A stretch of 63,135 nt of DNA, filler included, from Basidioascus undulatus (lineage: Eukaryota): the NCBI GenBank assembly GCA_000826855.1. It is 4 parts of 4 records of this genome, joined end to end, with 100 filler letters (N's around TTAATTAATTAA, not from the genome) between each part and the next. Parts side by side here need not be neighbours in the genome. Positions count along the whole stretch, not along the records: positions 41,546 to 52,293 come from JTLS01001091.1; positions 52,394 to 63,135 come from JTLS01001092.1; 2 more parts are not named here. The stretch is one strand, 5' to 3'. How positions within the stretch are numbered: position 1 is the first letter of the stretch; each line of letters starts with the position of its first letter. Below are positions 49,554 through 60,803 of the stretch, one piece after another. The notes under the pieces were generated by a model, which saw only the letters and a list, made by a program, of their open reading frames with translations, was not told the DNA's origin and made no database searches. A program made the position numbers and the translations under genes.

Positions 49554-51801
49554 TTAGTGCTTCTTGGGGCTGCTGCCAAAGAACTTCTTCATGGAGCCAA
49601 AGATGCTGTTCAAAATCGAGCCGGACGACGACGACGACGACGAAGGGGTGGGGGGAGAGAAGAATGGGAAGGAAAGGGGGGAGGGGGACGGGGACTGGTT
49701 CAGCGAGAGCACGAGCAAGGCGAGCGCGAGGACGGTCGCTGCGGATGCGAGCGAGAAGGAGAAGGACAGGGACAGGGGGAGGTACCTAGAGCGCTTCTTT
49801 CGCACGCTGTCGCGCAGGCTGCCAGAGTCGTGCTTCGAGGAGGGTGACGGCTCGGCCGAGTCGCTCCCACCGGGGAAGGACACGCCCTTCTCGTGCTTGG
49901 ACGGCGTCTCGGGCGCAGGCTTCGCCGGCGTAGGGGGCACGGACTCCGCAGCGGCGGGGGCGGGAGCGACGGACACGTCAGCCGCGTTGGGCGCGACAAC
50001 CAGCGCGGGGACGGCGGTCTTCTCCGCCGCTGACGGACCGGTCGCCTCGAGCGCCGCGGACGAGGGCGTGGGCTTCTCGGGCACGGCGGGCGCGGTGGAC
50101 AGGTCGGCGGGGCCTGGCTCGAGCAAGTTGCCAGAGGGGGATGAGGCAGCGGTCTCTTGCGCGCCGTTCCGGAGCGTGGGCGCCTTGTCGATCTCCTGAG
50201 AAGAGGTCATTCGTAAGCACGAGCAGAGCATGAGCTCCCGCCTTCGAAGGCGCAGCCAGCAAAAGGAACGACACGCACCGCAATGCTGGGCTCCACAACC
50301 GTCTTGGGCTTCTCGAACGGGTCCACACCGATGGAAGCCTGAATCGCAGCGCCGGCAGCGACGATCGCGCCGCCGAGACCCGCGCCGATAGCCGCAGTGG
50401 CATCTTCGAACAGCGAGTGCTCGTGCTCGCCCTCCGGCTTCGCCTCGCCTGCAACCATCGCCGCAGACGGGGTACCAGACGGGGCGCCCTCTGCGCCACC
50501 AGCGGCGGATGTTCCGTTCGTCTTGAGCGCGGACGGCGCGCCGTTCACAGCGTCCTTGGCCTGCCTAGCAGCGGCCGCGACCTTGTCATCCGCGGGCTTG
50601 ACCGCCTCCGTCACCTTCGCCTTGACCTCCTCCGCGGACGGGATGGCCGCCGCAGCGGAGGACGCGCTCTCGGCAGCCTTGCTCACAGCGGGCTGCGCCT
50701 TCTCCGTGACGAGCGTCGCCGCGCCCGCCAGCGCGCCGGCACTGGCGACGGCGACGCCCGTCGCAGCGCCGAGGGCCGTGTTCGCCTTCTCCGGGACCTA
50801 CAGTGCGCGGCAGGTCAGTCAGTACATGTCCTCAGTCAACCCAGCTATGCTTGACAGCGCACCTGCTCAGCCAGCGGCTTAACCGGGTCCGCCGGCCGGG
50901 GAGTCTCGGTCGCATCGGAAGGGATCGCTGGCGGGTCCGCGATGGGCTTGCTCGTCAGTTCGGGTGGGCCACTGAGCTCGGTCGGGGCGGAGCCGGAGAC
51001 GGGGAGGACGGGTGCGGGGGAAGCGTCGGCGGCGACGGTGGACGGAGCGGGGATAGGGTGCTCCTGGTGGTCTTCCATCAGGTCAGCTAAAGTACCTTTG
51101 CGCGCGGGACCCTAGACGCACATCCTTGACCGCCTTCTCCACCTTGCTCTCCGCTTCCTGGATCTCCTTCTGCGCCGTCTCTTTGTCGACCGCTTCCTTC
51201 TCCGCGCCGCTCAACACCGCAGCCTTCTCGCCCTGCGCAACAGGCGCGACGTTGTCTTCGACTTCCTCAGGCTGGGCCTTCACCGCAGAGGGCGCCGCGG
51301 CGGGCGCGACAAAGACGTTGTTGATGTTGCCCTTGCCGTCGTCCTCCTTGCGCTCGTCCTCCCGCACGACCCATCGCCCGTCCACGACGAACTTGTAAGT
51401 GCTGCGGAGGGCGGGTGGGTGTGAGGGGGTGGTGGGTGAGAACAAGGAGGGGAAGGACGCACTGCTTGGAACCGTAGTCAACGGGAATTGTGCCCGTGAA
51501 GCCGGTCTCGGTCTTGGTCAGGGAGAAGGAGGAAGACCAGTTGTCAAAGTCGCCCGTCGCGACGACGGTGGTCGCGTTCGGGTCGTTCCTGAAGAAACGC
51601 GTAGTAGGGTCAGAGTCAGCTTCACTATACGCTGATTCTCATTCCATAAGTTCCATGAGCCCGTACACCAGTCCAAACGGATCAACGCAGTCGGCGTCCT
51701 CAGCCCCTTCCCCTCACTGTCTCGCGTCCCTGCCGCCCTCAATCGCACCCGGCGTGGACTCTGACTCACCAGGTAAAGGTAGCTTGAAACTTCTCTGCCA
51801 T
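49554..51801 (-). CDS. AMPK-beta-type CBM48 domain protein (Crp1/Mdg1/Hmp1-like) with long Ala/Pro/Glu-rich tail, multi-exon
   Basis: MAEKFQATFTW|..TTVVATGDFDNWS..TETGFTGTI..|TYKFVVDGRW...DDGKGNINNV. It ends in a basic/amphipathic tail RKKRS|SILNSIFGSMKKFFG. Confidence 0.85.
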
Positions 51802-52293
51802 CTTCGCAGTCTATCCCGACGCAAACAAAGAGCAAAGCAAGTGGTTGTGGTGGTAGGAGGTCTAAGATGCGAGGTCGAGGAAATGGGAAAATGACGACGG
51901 CGAACGGTGGGGCGGCGTGGCTCAGGGCTGGCCGACGCCGATCAAGTGGAATCTGAGACAGTGCCGCAATGAGTTTCGGGTCAGCCTGACTCGCCCTTTT
52001 TAACACTTTCTTGTACGAATTGCTGCGCTCACTATCGTCAACGATCAAAAACCCGACCGGAATGGGCAAACGTGATGGGGGAGGAGACGAGCTGAACCGC
52101 GTGTTGTGTGGAGCAAGGCCATGCTCGAGGACCGCTGAACCTTATGTTATCTGCACGCGGATGGTGGTCAGGTCATCCGCGGTCCCAGTAATCCGTGGAC
52201 AAACCCAGGTCAGACTGTGCAGGCCAGAATTTCGAGCTAGAGAATCGCCTGCCGGTCGCCTTCCATCCAACAACTCACTCTCCCCCCCCCCTT

Positions 52294-52393
52294 NNNNNNN
52301 NNNNNNNNNNNNNNNNNNNNNNNNNNNNNNNNNNNNNTTAATTAATTAANNNNNNNNNNNNNNNNNNNNNNNNNNNNNNNNNNNNNNNNNNNN
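52294..52393. other. Assembly gap linker (N44-TTAATTAATTAA-N44)
   Basis: Same 100-nt construct as 30577-30676. Confidence 0.97.
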
Positions 52394-52532
52394 TGCGGCG
52401 GATGGGATCGCCCGCACTGGCACGGGCGAGCCGGTGTCGGTCGTCAAGAAGGTGAAGAAGAAGAAGGGCAAGGCGAAGAAGAAGGAGAAGGAGAAACCAG
52501 ATGGGCAGGCTGGCGAGGGGGTGGCGAGCTAG
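52394..52532 (+). CDS. 3' end of an unidentified gene (Lys-rich tail), truncated by the gap
   Basis: Open frame AADGIARTGTGEPVSVVKKVKKKKGKAKKKEKEKPDGQAGEGVAS* followed by 3'UTR-like sequence. Confidence 0.45.
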
Positions 52533-53039
52533 CGGCCCACCGTCCTTTCTCCTTTCTGGCTTTCACGCCTACTTCACATTAGCTACACTACACACCTACC
52601 ATTGCGCCCGCCATCGCTACCTGTATTTGGCCCACGGCTATGCGCATTATTAGTACGCTTGCATTGCACTACATTTACACGCCTGGTCCTGTTCCGGGGT
52701 GCATGCTCGTTCGCGTCTGCCCGGAGTGAAATCCGAAGAAGTATTCTGTTGGCAAGTAAAGCGGGGGAACATCGACGGATGAATCCGTCGGGCTACTGGC
52801 CATCATGATGGACCTGCAGCGGGCGGGCTGGTTCAAAATATCCCCAGAAGTGGGGAGCAACAGAGTATTGAACCCGCTCATCTTTCTGCTGTTGGCAGGC
52901 TCGTGAGTCAGCATATATACCGCAATGTCATTCAGGATGCACTGTCATCCAGGATCTTCGCTGGGCTGTCATCATGAAATTATTATGGATTCACTTTCAG
53001 TAAAAGAGCAGCCACTTGTTAAATAAGTGGTCAGTCGAG

Positions 53040-53112
53040 ATCAGGGGGTTGCAGGTTCGATCCCTGCGTCGGTCACGGCCGGCTGGCTCAATGGTAGAAT
53101 ATCTGACTACGA
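53040..53112 (+). tRNA. Circularly permuted tRNA-Arg(ACG): 3' half 53040-53075, 1-nt spacer, 5' half 53077-53112
   Basis: 3' half is A-TCAGG-GGGTT-GCAGG-TTCGATC-CCTGC-GTCGGTC-A. 5' half is GGCCGGC-TG-GCTC-AATGGTA-GAAT-A-TCTGA-CT-ACG-A. Reassembled they give a 72-nt cloverleaf with full acceptor, anticodon and T stems and one D-stem mismatch. Function is untested. Confidence 0.8.
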
Positions 53113-53672
53113 TTCTTTTGCACCTCGAGATCTTAAGGCTACAAGTTTTGCTACCCGTCCTTTACTCAATCAGAAGGGGTTGGACCGTCGTCATCTTGTT
53201 AAGAAAATTCAACCACCGGTTCATATCGGCGGGTGCACCGTGTACGATCTCGTCGCACAGGCAGAAAGCTGCAATATCGGTTTTCTGTCAGAGAACGATG
53301 CTCGACATGTTGTTGATGATGAGTAGGCCCATTTGGAGGTCAGCCGATATTGAGGGAGCATACAAAGTCGAATGCTACTGTGACACAGCACGATGCGGCG
53401 TAGCCTCAGGAGCTGCTGGCGACCGGATGACGGTCTCTTTTGTTGTCGGCGTGTTATCGAATGTGTGGAGAATAGTAATGTCCTATCCTCCCATTTGGTT
53501 GGACGGCAGCATTTCTTATGTTGAACCCGCGGACGGAAGTTCCTACGCGACTGAATCCGCTTTCGCTCCCTGCCCTCCTCCTATCATCAACCACCCGCTG
53601 GACCTCAATATTGTGTGGGTCCCTCTGAGGCTTTATTCATTGAAAAGCTTCCTCCACGTCCTCCCAGTCCAC

Positions 53673-54069
53673 ATGCAGCTGTCCACCAGCTCGCCCACCG
53701 ACCCCTTCTCCTGCATCCCTTACGATTGTCTGCGCCTCGTCTTTAGCCACCTTTCCGCTCGTGATTTCGCCCTGCTTGCAGCCTGTCCCCACTCCACCCG
53801 CCTTCTTATCGCTCAACTCGCGATGCACCCGGCGCTCTTCTTCAGACGGGGTTTCGCCGCCGAGATTACAAAAACAAAGGGCTGTTTTGCGAAATAATAT
53901 GTGGAAAACAGCAGCTCGGGTCGACTTGTCGACGTTGCATAGTGCGAGAACCGTTCACGGGTTCGAAAATTCGGCGATGGACCGCAGAATCTTGGGCGGC
54001 AGCTTTGGAGATCGATCGATGGAAGTAGAGGAGGAACGATTAATTAGGAGAGACGAGGAGATTCCGTGA
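53673..54069 (+). pseudogene. F-box-like protein remnant
   Basis: PFSCIPYDCLRLVFSHLSARDFALL followed by an early stop or frameshift. Confidence 0.45.
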
Positions 54070-54610
54070 GAGGAGTGGTCAGTGAAGGACATGATGGTTC
54101 GAGGGAGAGTGAGAACGGCGCAGGCTGGCTGGCGATGGCGATCGAGCGCCGCCGCCGCCGCTCACAACCCTACATTTGCGGCAAAATGAATACCTTCTCA
54201 CCTTTTTTTTTCTTGTGTGCATATGTTAAACACTGTAAGTTTCATTGAACTGAATTCACGAGCCGCTCAGCGGCTGCGTGCTCAGCGTGGTGCACGATTG
54301 CGCCGACATCTGCGATTGCCACAGTCCCGACCCTCGAGGACCTCCCTGATTAGCATGTTGACCTCCTGAGGGCGGTTTAAGTGCTGACATGCGTGCGGCA
54401 TATATTTACCACTTACCCTTCGCTACTCACTGTAGAAGGCATATCGAGCACGTTGGCCGGTTCGGTCTGCCGACAGACACAGCCCCTCCAACCTTCGAGG
54501 AGCAACAGCATCTCTCGCGTGAACAACATATGGAAAGCGCTTAAATTCAATGTATAAGCCTCTCCGGCCCGCCATCCTCCTCATCCCCAGGCCCGACATA
54601 CACCCTCCTC

Positions 54611-56018
54611 TCAACCATCTTCTCCCACCCCCCCTCCAGCCCTCCTAACAACATAAAACCGCTTCTCCCAATCAAACGCGTGATGCCCGTTCCCCAACCC
54701 CAGCCCCTCCCACCCGTACCGCACAGCGACGCTCTTGAGCGACGCACACTTGCGCGCCAGATCGCCGGGGAGATCGGTAGGGTGCGAGTTGAAGATGGCC
54801 TGCTCCCAGGGGTGTAGAGACCATTCTGCGGCGCCGAGGGTGAGGTACGCGAGGTGCTTGAAATTGTGCAGGGCTTCGAGGAGAGCATCCTGTTAAGTGC
54901 GGGGCGTCCAAGGTGCGCGGTGAGAAGATGACGCTGCACGCACCCTTTGGTCCAGGTTCACCCACCCCTGCGCGAAGACAAGAGCAAGATCCACAATGCG
55001 CGGGAAGAGCTCCGCGAGGAATGGCATCGCGCGATCGTCGTAGTCGTCGATCTCCCACAAGCACACCTCGAGCGCAGTCACGCGCTCGTTAGAAAGCATG
55101 TCGATGCTCCTTCAGGTGCTGAGAATGAAGAACATTATCGGTCAGTCCTCCGACACGCCCGTATCAATCGAGAACAGCTTGAGGTACCGCAGCGAGTGCG
55201 ACGGGGCGACGAGGCTGCCCAGCGCCAGGCTTTCGGAGGTCTCGAGCGTGTGGAGGCGGGGGAGGCAGGTGCGGTCGAGGGTGCGAGGGAGGAGCTGCTG
55301 CCGCGAAGAAGAAGGGCAGAGGAGCGGAGGCGGAGGTCCTCGAGCGTTGGGAGTGCGAGGAGGAACGAGTCAAGAGTGTGCGGGCCGTCCCATTCGGGGG
55401 GCCCGGAGGGGGCGCGTAGAGGTCGAGAGCGCGCAGGTGACGGAGGGAGGTGAGGCTCGAGGTGAGCGAGGGGAGGATCGAGAAGAGGACGTGGCCTTGC
55501 GTGCAGAGCGCGAATGGTTGGAAGTGCGGTGCGTACTCCGCTAGGCGGGAATAGACGGTGCGGACGCGCTTTTTGTCGTCGTTGTTCCCGAGGGACATTC
55601 GACTCTCCTGGATAAAATATAACAATCACTTTTCAGCCCTCTTCCTAGACCAAAATCGGAACTGCTCACTCAGCCGAACTCCATACCGCGCCGCTCTCGT
55701 CCTCCTTAACCACCTCGCCTTATCCAGCTCGAGATCCAGCCGTATCTTTCCAAGATACACGCTGGTCTCCCGCAATGCGCGGAACCACAGCCCCATATTG
55801 CGAAAGATAAGCGGGAACACGGCGATGCGCGTCGCCTTGTCCACGAGGGACAGAGCGAGAATGGTGCGCTGGTTCGAAGGTTCAGCGATGGCCCGCAGGA
55901 CTTCGGAGGGCAGCTTGGGGACTCCATGAGGGGGCGAAGGCGAGGGGTGGTTAGTTGCGCGAGAAGAGAGAGGTCGGAGATCGAAGTCTCGCTCGTAAGA
56001 GTCGTCGTAGGAGATCAT
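54611..56018 (-). pseudogene. F-box/LRR-like protein, disrupted
   Basis: F-box PKLPSEVLRAIAE..LALSLVDKATR..FPLIFRNM with an in-frame TGA at 55626-55628. LRR-like segments (LRHLRALDL, LPTLEDLRL, LPRLHTLET, FKHLAYLTL) are split over frames. Confidence 0.7.
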
Positions 56019-57203
56019 GATGGTGGGGTGGAAGCAGAGGGTGCAGAGGGATTAGACTGCTTTATCAGACCCCTCGCCGCTCGGGACAGGACACCGCATT
56101 ATATGGCAACACAGCGAGGGTCACAACTTTTGACAGCTATCTCTGAGGTCCCGAGCTTGCGAGGGGTCTGATCGATTAGGCCGCTTTCTCGCAGGGATTT
56201 CTGGCCCTTTGAAGGTGACTTCGTTGTCTTCAATGTAAAGAAGGCTCTTTCTTGGGTTTCATTCCACTTGAATATATCTCAATAGTACACTTGCAAAAGC
56301 AGGGCCTCTCAAGTTGTCTGCAGCTCTCTCCAGAGCGGGTCAAAGTTAGGCAAAGTGGGCCTGGTGCAGCGAAAGGCAAGCGCGCGCCAGCCGCCCACTG
56401 CGAAGTGCCTGCCTGACCCCTCACCTTTGCTGCTGAAATGAAGACTTCCGCTCTGTTTGATAGAAGAGCGCCTTGCAGAGTGGCAGTTTATGGGCATATG
56501 TTGATGATGCAGGCCTCCGATGCCGTGAGGAGTGGAGAAAAAAGAGGCAGAAGGAGAAGGCTTGACAAAAGCCAGAATATCTGCGAGAAGGCCGCCCTTC
56601 CGATCAGACCCCTCGCAAGCTCGGGACCCGAAGATAGCTGTCAAACTCCTTGTCCTTCGCTGTGTCGCCAAATATGGCTCGCCTGCGGTCCTGGCCCGAG
56701 CTTGCATGGGGTCTGATGAAGCAGTCAATCAACAGAGCGATCCTCGAGCAGCAGAACGGGGTCTGTCTTGAACATCGTGCTAAACAATAATTCTGTAGCC
56801 TGAGGCCACCAGCTATAATCTTTTGCTCTGGCGTTCACTCCACGATCCTGCATAAGAACTGTGTATATCAAGGCTGTAGCTGTTGTTATTCGGCGAGGAC
56901 GATTGGAAGAAAGGAGACGGCAGCAGTTTAGGCAGCGATCGGCGCCGCATCCCGGGCCGAAGTCGCGGTGGCCGTCCAGCCCGGCGTCCGCTTGGCGGCT
57001 GGTGCTCTGGGCAGGGACAGCGGTGGCCTCGTGAGCTGCAACGGCGTCGTTCAGTCGGTCAGGCGTTCGGTTCGCCATTGACCACGACGAGCGCGCTGCA
57101 CCCCACGACGACGCCTGACAGCAGGCGCACCCGCCCATACCGGGATTCGTGTACTTTTTCTCGGCTGCGCGCAGCTCCAGCGGCCCGATATTCCCTGGCA
57201 GCG

Positions 57204-59642
57204 ATGGCGGGCTCGTCGACGCGCCTCGTGCCCAACATCGACACGGTTCCTCCCGAAGTCCTCGAGCGCATGCAAGTCCGAACTTCATCCCTATTCTCTC
57301 TTGTTTTCTTTCCGCTTTGACCCACACACATCATTGACACCCCTGCCTGCGGGTTTCTCCCGGCGGTCGTTCCCTCAGTGCCTTCTTCGTAGCGCTCGAA
57401 CCCCACTTTGGTCCCCCCTCGCACCTCCCCGCCCTCGTTCGATCGACAAAGCACCTCGAGCGCCACCTCTCGATCAAGCATAACAAGCGCCTCTATGCGC
57501 AGCTCTTCGTGCGTTCGACTTACTCGCTCACGTTCACGTGCTCCTGCTCATCTCGGCGTCATACCCTCAGAGGTCCAAGTTCGACACGACCGCCCCCGAG
57601 CGGCGATACGCGACAGGCGGCGCGCCTCTCGCGGCGTCCAACCTGGCGGACGAGTACGTCGCACGCGTGGACACGCTCCGGCGCATCCGGCGGCGCGTCG
57701 AGCTCGGCGACATCCGCCCCGCCGAGGTAGACGGCGAAAACGCGGACGGCGAAGGCACGGGGAGGGTACTGGAGGATCTGTGGAGGTGCTGGATCACCTT
57801 GTTAGAACACGGTGAGTGGCTTCTCAACGCTGGGCTCTGAAACAGGTTGCTGGTTTGGCTGGGTCGTAGGGTCGGATGGGCTGACAGAGTGCACGGCGGG
57901 ACGCGTGCGGGTGGGCAGATGCACGCAACGTCCCGCACCTCATGCAGCACCTTCCCGACTACATTGCCCTCTACCACGCGCAGGTCTTCCTCAAAGCGGC
58001 TATCAAGCCCGGATACCCTCCTGACAACGCGGAGCGCAGCTTGGTGATGTGGCTTAGCTGGTCGCTGCAAGGCGCCCGTACGTACTCTGGCCCGTTCTCA
58101 AAAGCCATTCCTGGTTTGAACTAATGTCATTTGCATTATGTGTTCTGCGTATAGGTGCCGACCATACCAGAGCAGACCGGGACGAAAAGCTGTTTGTCCT
58201 CCGGCCCTACGTCTTCGCAGCCCACCAAGTGCGCCTATTTCCCATTCCCCCCACCCTCCAACCAAACTGACTTCGCCTTTCTCCACCTTTAAAGTTCGAC
58301 GCCTACCACGCGCCCTGGCCCTACCCGCGCCTCCCCGTATCGCTGTCGCACGTCCCCCCGCCGCCCACGCAGCCCGACCCCTTCCTCGCGGACCTCACCC
58401 CCCGCCCGCGCGCGCACACCCTCACGCACTTCGGGAACGCGCTCCGCATCTCCCCGCCAATCCTCGCGCACGCGGCGTTCCTCGGCTTCTTCGCGCGCGT
58501 GCGCCCGGACGGCGCGGGCGTGGCGGTGGCGGAGGACGATTCGGAATCCGAGGCGGATGTGGAGTCGAGCGAGGGGCAGACGGTGCTGGGGGGAGGCAGA
58601 AGCGGGAGGAGGACGAAGAAGCGGGTGCTGAAGAGCAGAGAGGTGGATGTGGAGTGGACGCGGTTGACAAGATGCTTGGACCCGTTCGAGGTCGGCGGCG
58701 GGTGCGGCGCGATGCTCTTCCGGGGGATGTTCGAGGGCGCGTGGGAGGGCCGGTTCAGCTTCTTCGAGTTTGACGCGTACCGGGACATGCTTGGCGGTAC
58801 GCTCCCTCTTCCCCCTCCCTTCGTCCTCGCCGTCCCTCAGCTAACTTATCCTGCGCGCATGGAACCCCCATCACCCAGGCTCCATCCGCTCGCTCTACGA
58901 AGGCCCCTTCTCCGAGCAGCCCCAAGTCTGGCGCCTCACCGAAAAGGTCGTCCGCGCCCGGCCGTCCTTAGCAAACACGTCCACCCTCCAGGCGATCTGC
59001 GGCGGCGACCGGCCCGCCACGGCCGGCCCGCTGGATCCAGGGCTGCTGCGGAAGAAGGAGAGCGAGGAGGGCGAGCAGGAGGACGAGGAGGAGGAGGATG
59101 TGGAGGGCTTGGAGGGAATGCCGGAGGGCGAGAAGGAGATCGCTATTACGGGAACGGTACGTTGGCAGAGAAGCGGAAGGGGGAGGGTGGGAGCTGATTG
59201 TGTTGGGTATTGACGGACAGGGACACTCAGCTTGGGGACGCTTTAATTTGAGGGGACGCGTGAGGGCTTGGGATGGAATGTTCATGCTCTGTGAGTCGTT
59301 CTCGTCGTGTCTTCCGCACGGAGGTTCGGTCGCATGCTGACGAGCTGGCGGCGCGATACGCAGGCAAGGAGTATACGGTATGCTTTTCGTAAGATATGTT
59401 TTTCGTCGACATTCGTGGCTGATCAACACGGGGGACTGCCCAACAGCCCGACCGCAGAGGACGCTGGCTCTACCGCGGGTACGTCCTACCTGGCGGGGTC
59501 CTCGTCGGACGGTGGCGCGATACCTTCACGCGTGAGTCTCGCTGTCTACCTCATACGTTTCCCATCTGACTCTTGTGTTCGCGATCATTCAGCGGTCCAC
59601 ATGGCCGGCTACGAGGGAACGTTCATGATGGTGAAGCGATGA
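57204..59642 (+). CDS. F-box domain protein with conserved C-terminal domain, multi-exon
   Basis: IDTVPPEVLERI|AFFVAL..GPPSHLPAL, NKRLYAQLF|RSKFD, GAWEGRFSFFEFDAY, GHSAWGRFNLRGRVRAWDG, WLYRGYV..LVGRWRDT and GYEGTFMMVKR*. Confidence 0.75.
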
Positions 59643-60803
59643 GAGCTCAGCCAGCGACTGCGCTTTCCCGGCGTTGGGGCGTCGTTTATCAGTCTCCTCT
59701 TCCGTTTGCTTTTTTCCCCCTTCTTGGGTTCGGACTCTGCTCAGCCTACTCTTCGCTTTTTGTTCGTCGGCTGCTACTGCGGAGGAGGGGATGGGCATTC
59801 GGCATGTGCTTCGGTTCGTTCTTGCTTGATATGTCTTTGGTGTTGTACCATTGCTTGGTTCCTTTATACCACTGAGGTTGATGATCAGTCTGCGCGTGCT
59901 GTTAAAGAGCTTTCAGTTCGGTGGACTGTGGGGTATCTGACGCAGGAGGACTTTCCAGCGAGTTCTCTGCTTGCAAAGACAGCTTCGGCTTATTTTCGTC
60001 GACCAAGCGTGATGTGTACCACAAAACAGCAGAGAAAGGAGATGGAACCGGGAATGTTGAAGCTGTGAAGCCAAATGGAGCATTTAATAAGATTATCAGC
60101 CTATCGATGCTGCGTTGTTTGTACCACCACACTTGGAGAGAAGTGGTCTTGCCACCCGGCTGTCGAGCTTCGTTCAGCAGCTTACCCGCTCAGCACATGT
60201 ACCACCAACTCCGGAGGACCGGCCAGGCACAAGTGCTGGAGCGAACGAATTCGAATGGTACGGGTGAAAGGCACGTTGAGAAGTCAGAGCGTCTTAGGAT
60301 CCCAGAGTTCCTATCCCCATTTGACTACTGCGGCTACATTACATTATGAGCACATGCACGTCGTCGTCTTCTTCAAGACCACTCGCTCGTCCCAAGTCTG
60401 CGCCCACCGTGCACTTCTTTTTTTGGTTGACTGCGTTGTCAATACACGTGCGTTGAAAGCGCAGCGCTGTTCAGCGCAGTTGGCTGGGAGATGGATCCCT
60501 GAAAATGCGGGCCAGCCGGGGGAAGGCGTCAAAAGCGCGGAGACTTGCCGAAAATAACACGGGCCCACCTGGGGAGCTCTGGAGACAGCGTCCACAGGCG
60601 TGACCCGCTGTCGGCCGGTGCACAACGGCAATAACGCGTGCCCACCGCACGATCATGATAAGAAGCAGGCGATCTTCCTCCACTCCAAAAAGGTCGTTTG
60701 ACTCACATCTTCTCATCCTCGCGGCGCTCTCTCTCGCTTCGAACCCACCCCCGTTGCTTCCTCCCCCGGAAGGAGTCAGAAGACTGTATTCTCGCTTGCT
60801 AAG

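Noticed and set aside
53165..53185. CTCAATCAGAAGGGGTT, resembling further tRNA-Arg pieces
   Set aside because: It is out of register with the 90-nt period and has no T-arm, so it may be chance.
53016..53672. 5' part of the 293-aa ORF 53016-53897
   Set aside because: It starts at a non-ATG codon, runs through the permuted tRNA and has no protein-like motif. Only the F-box-like part from ~53673 looks genuine.
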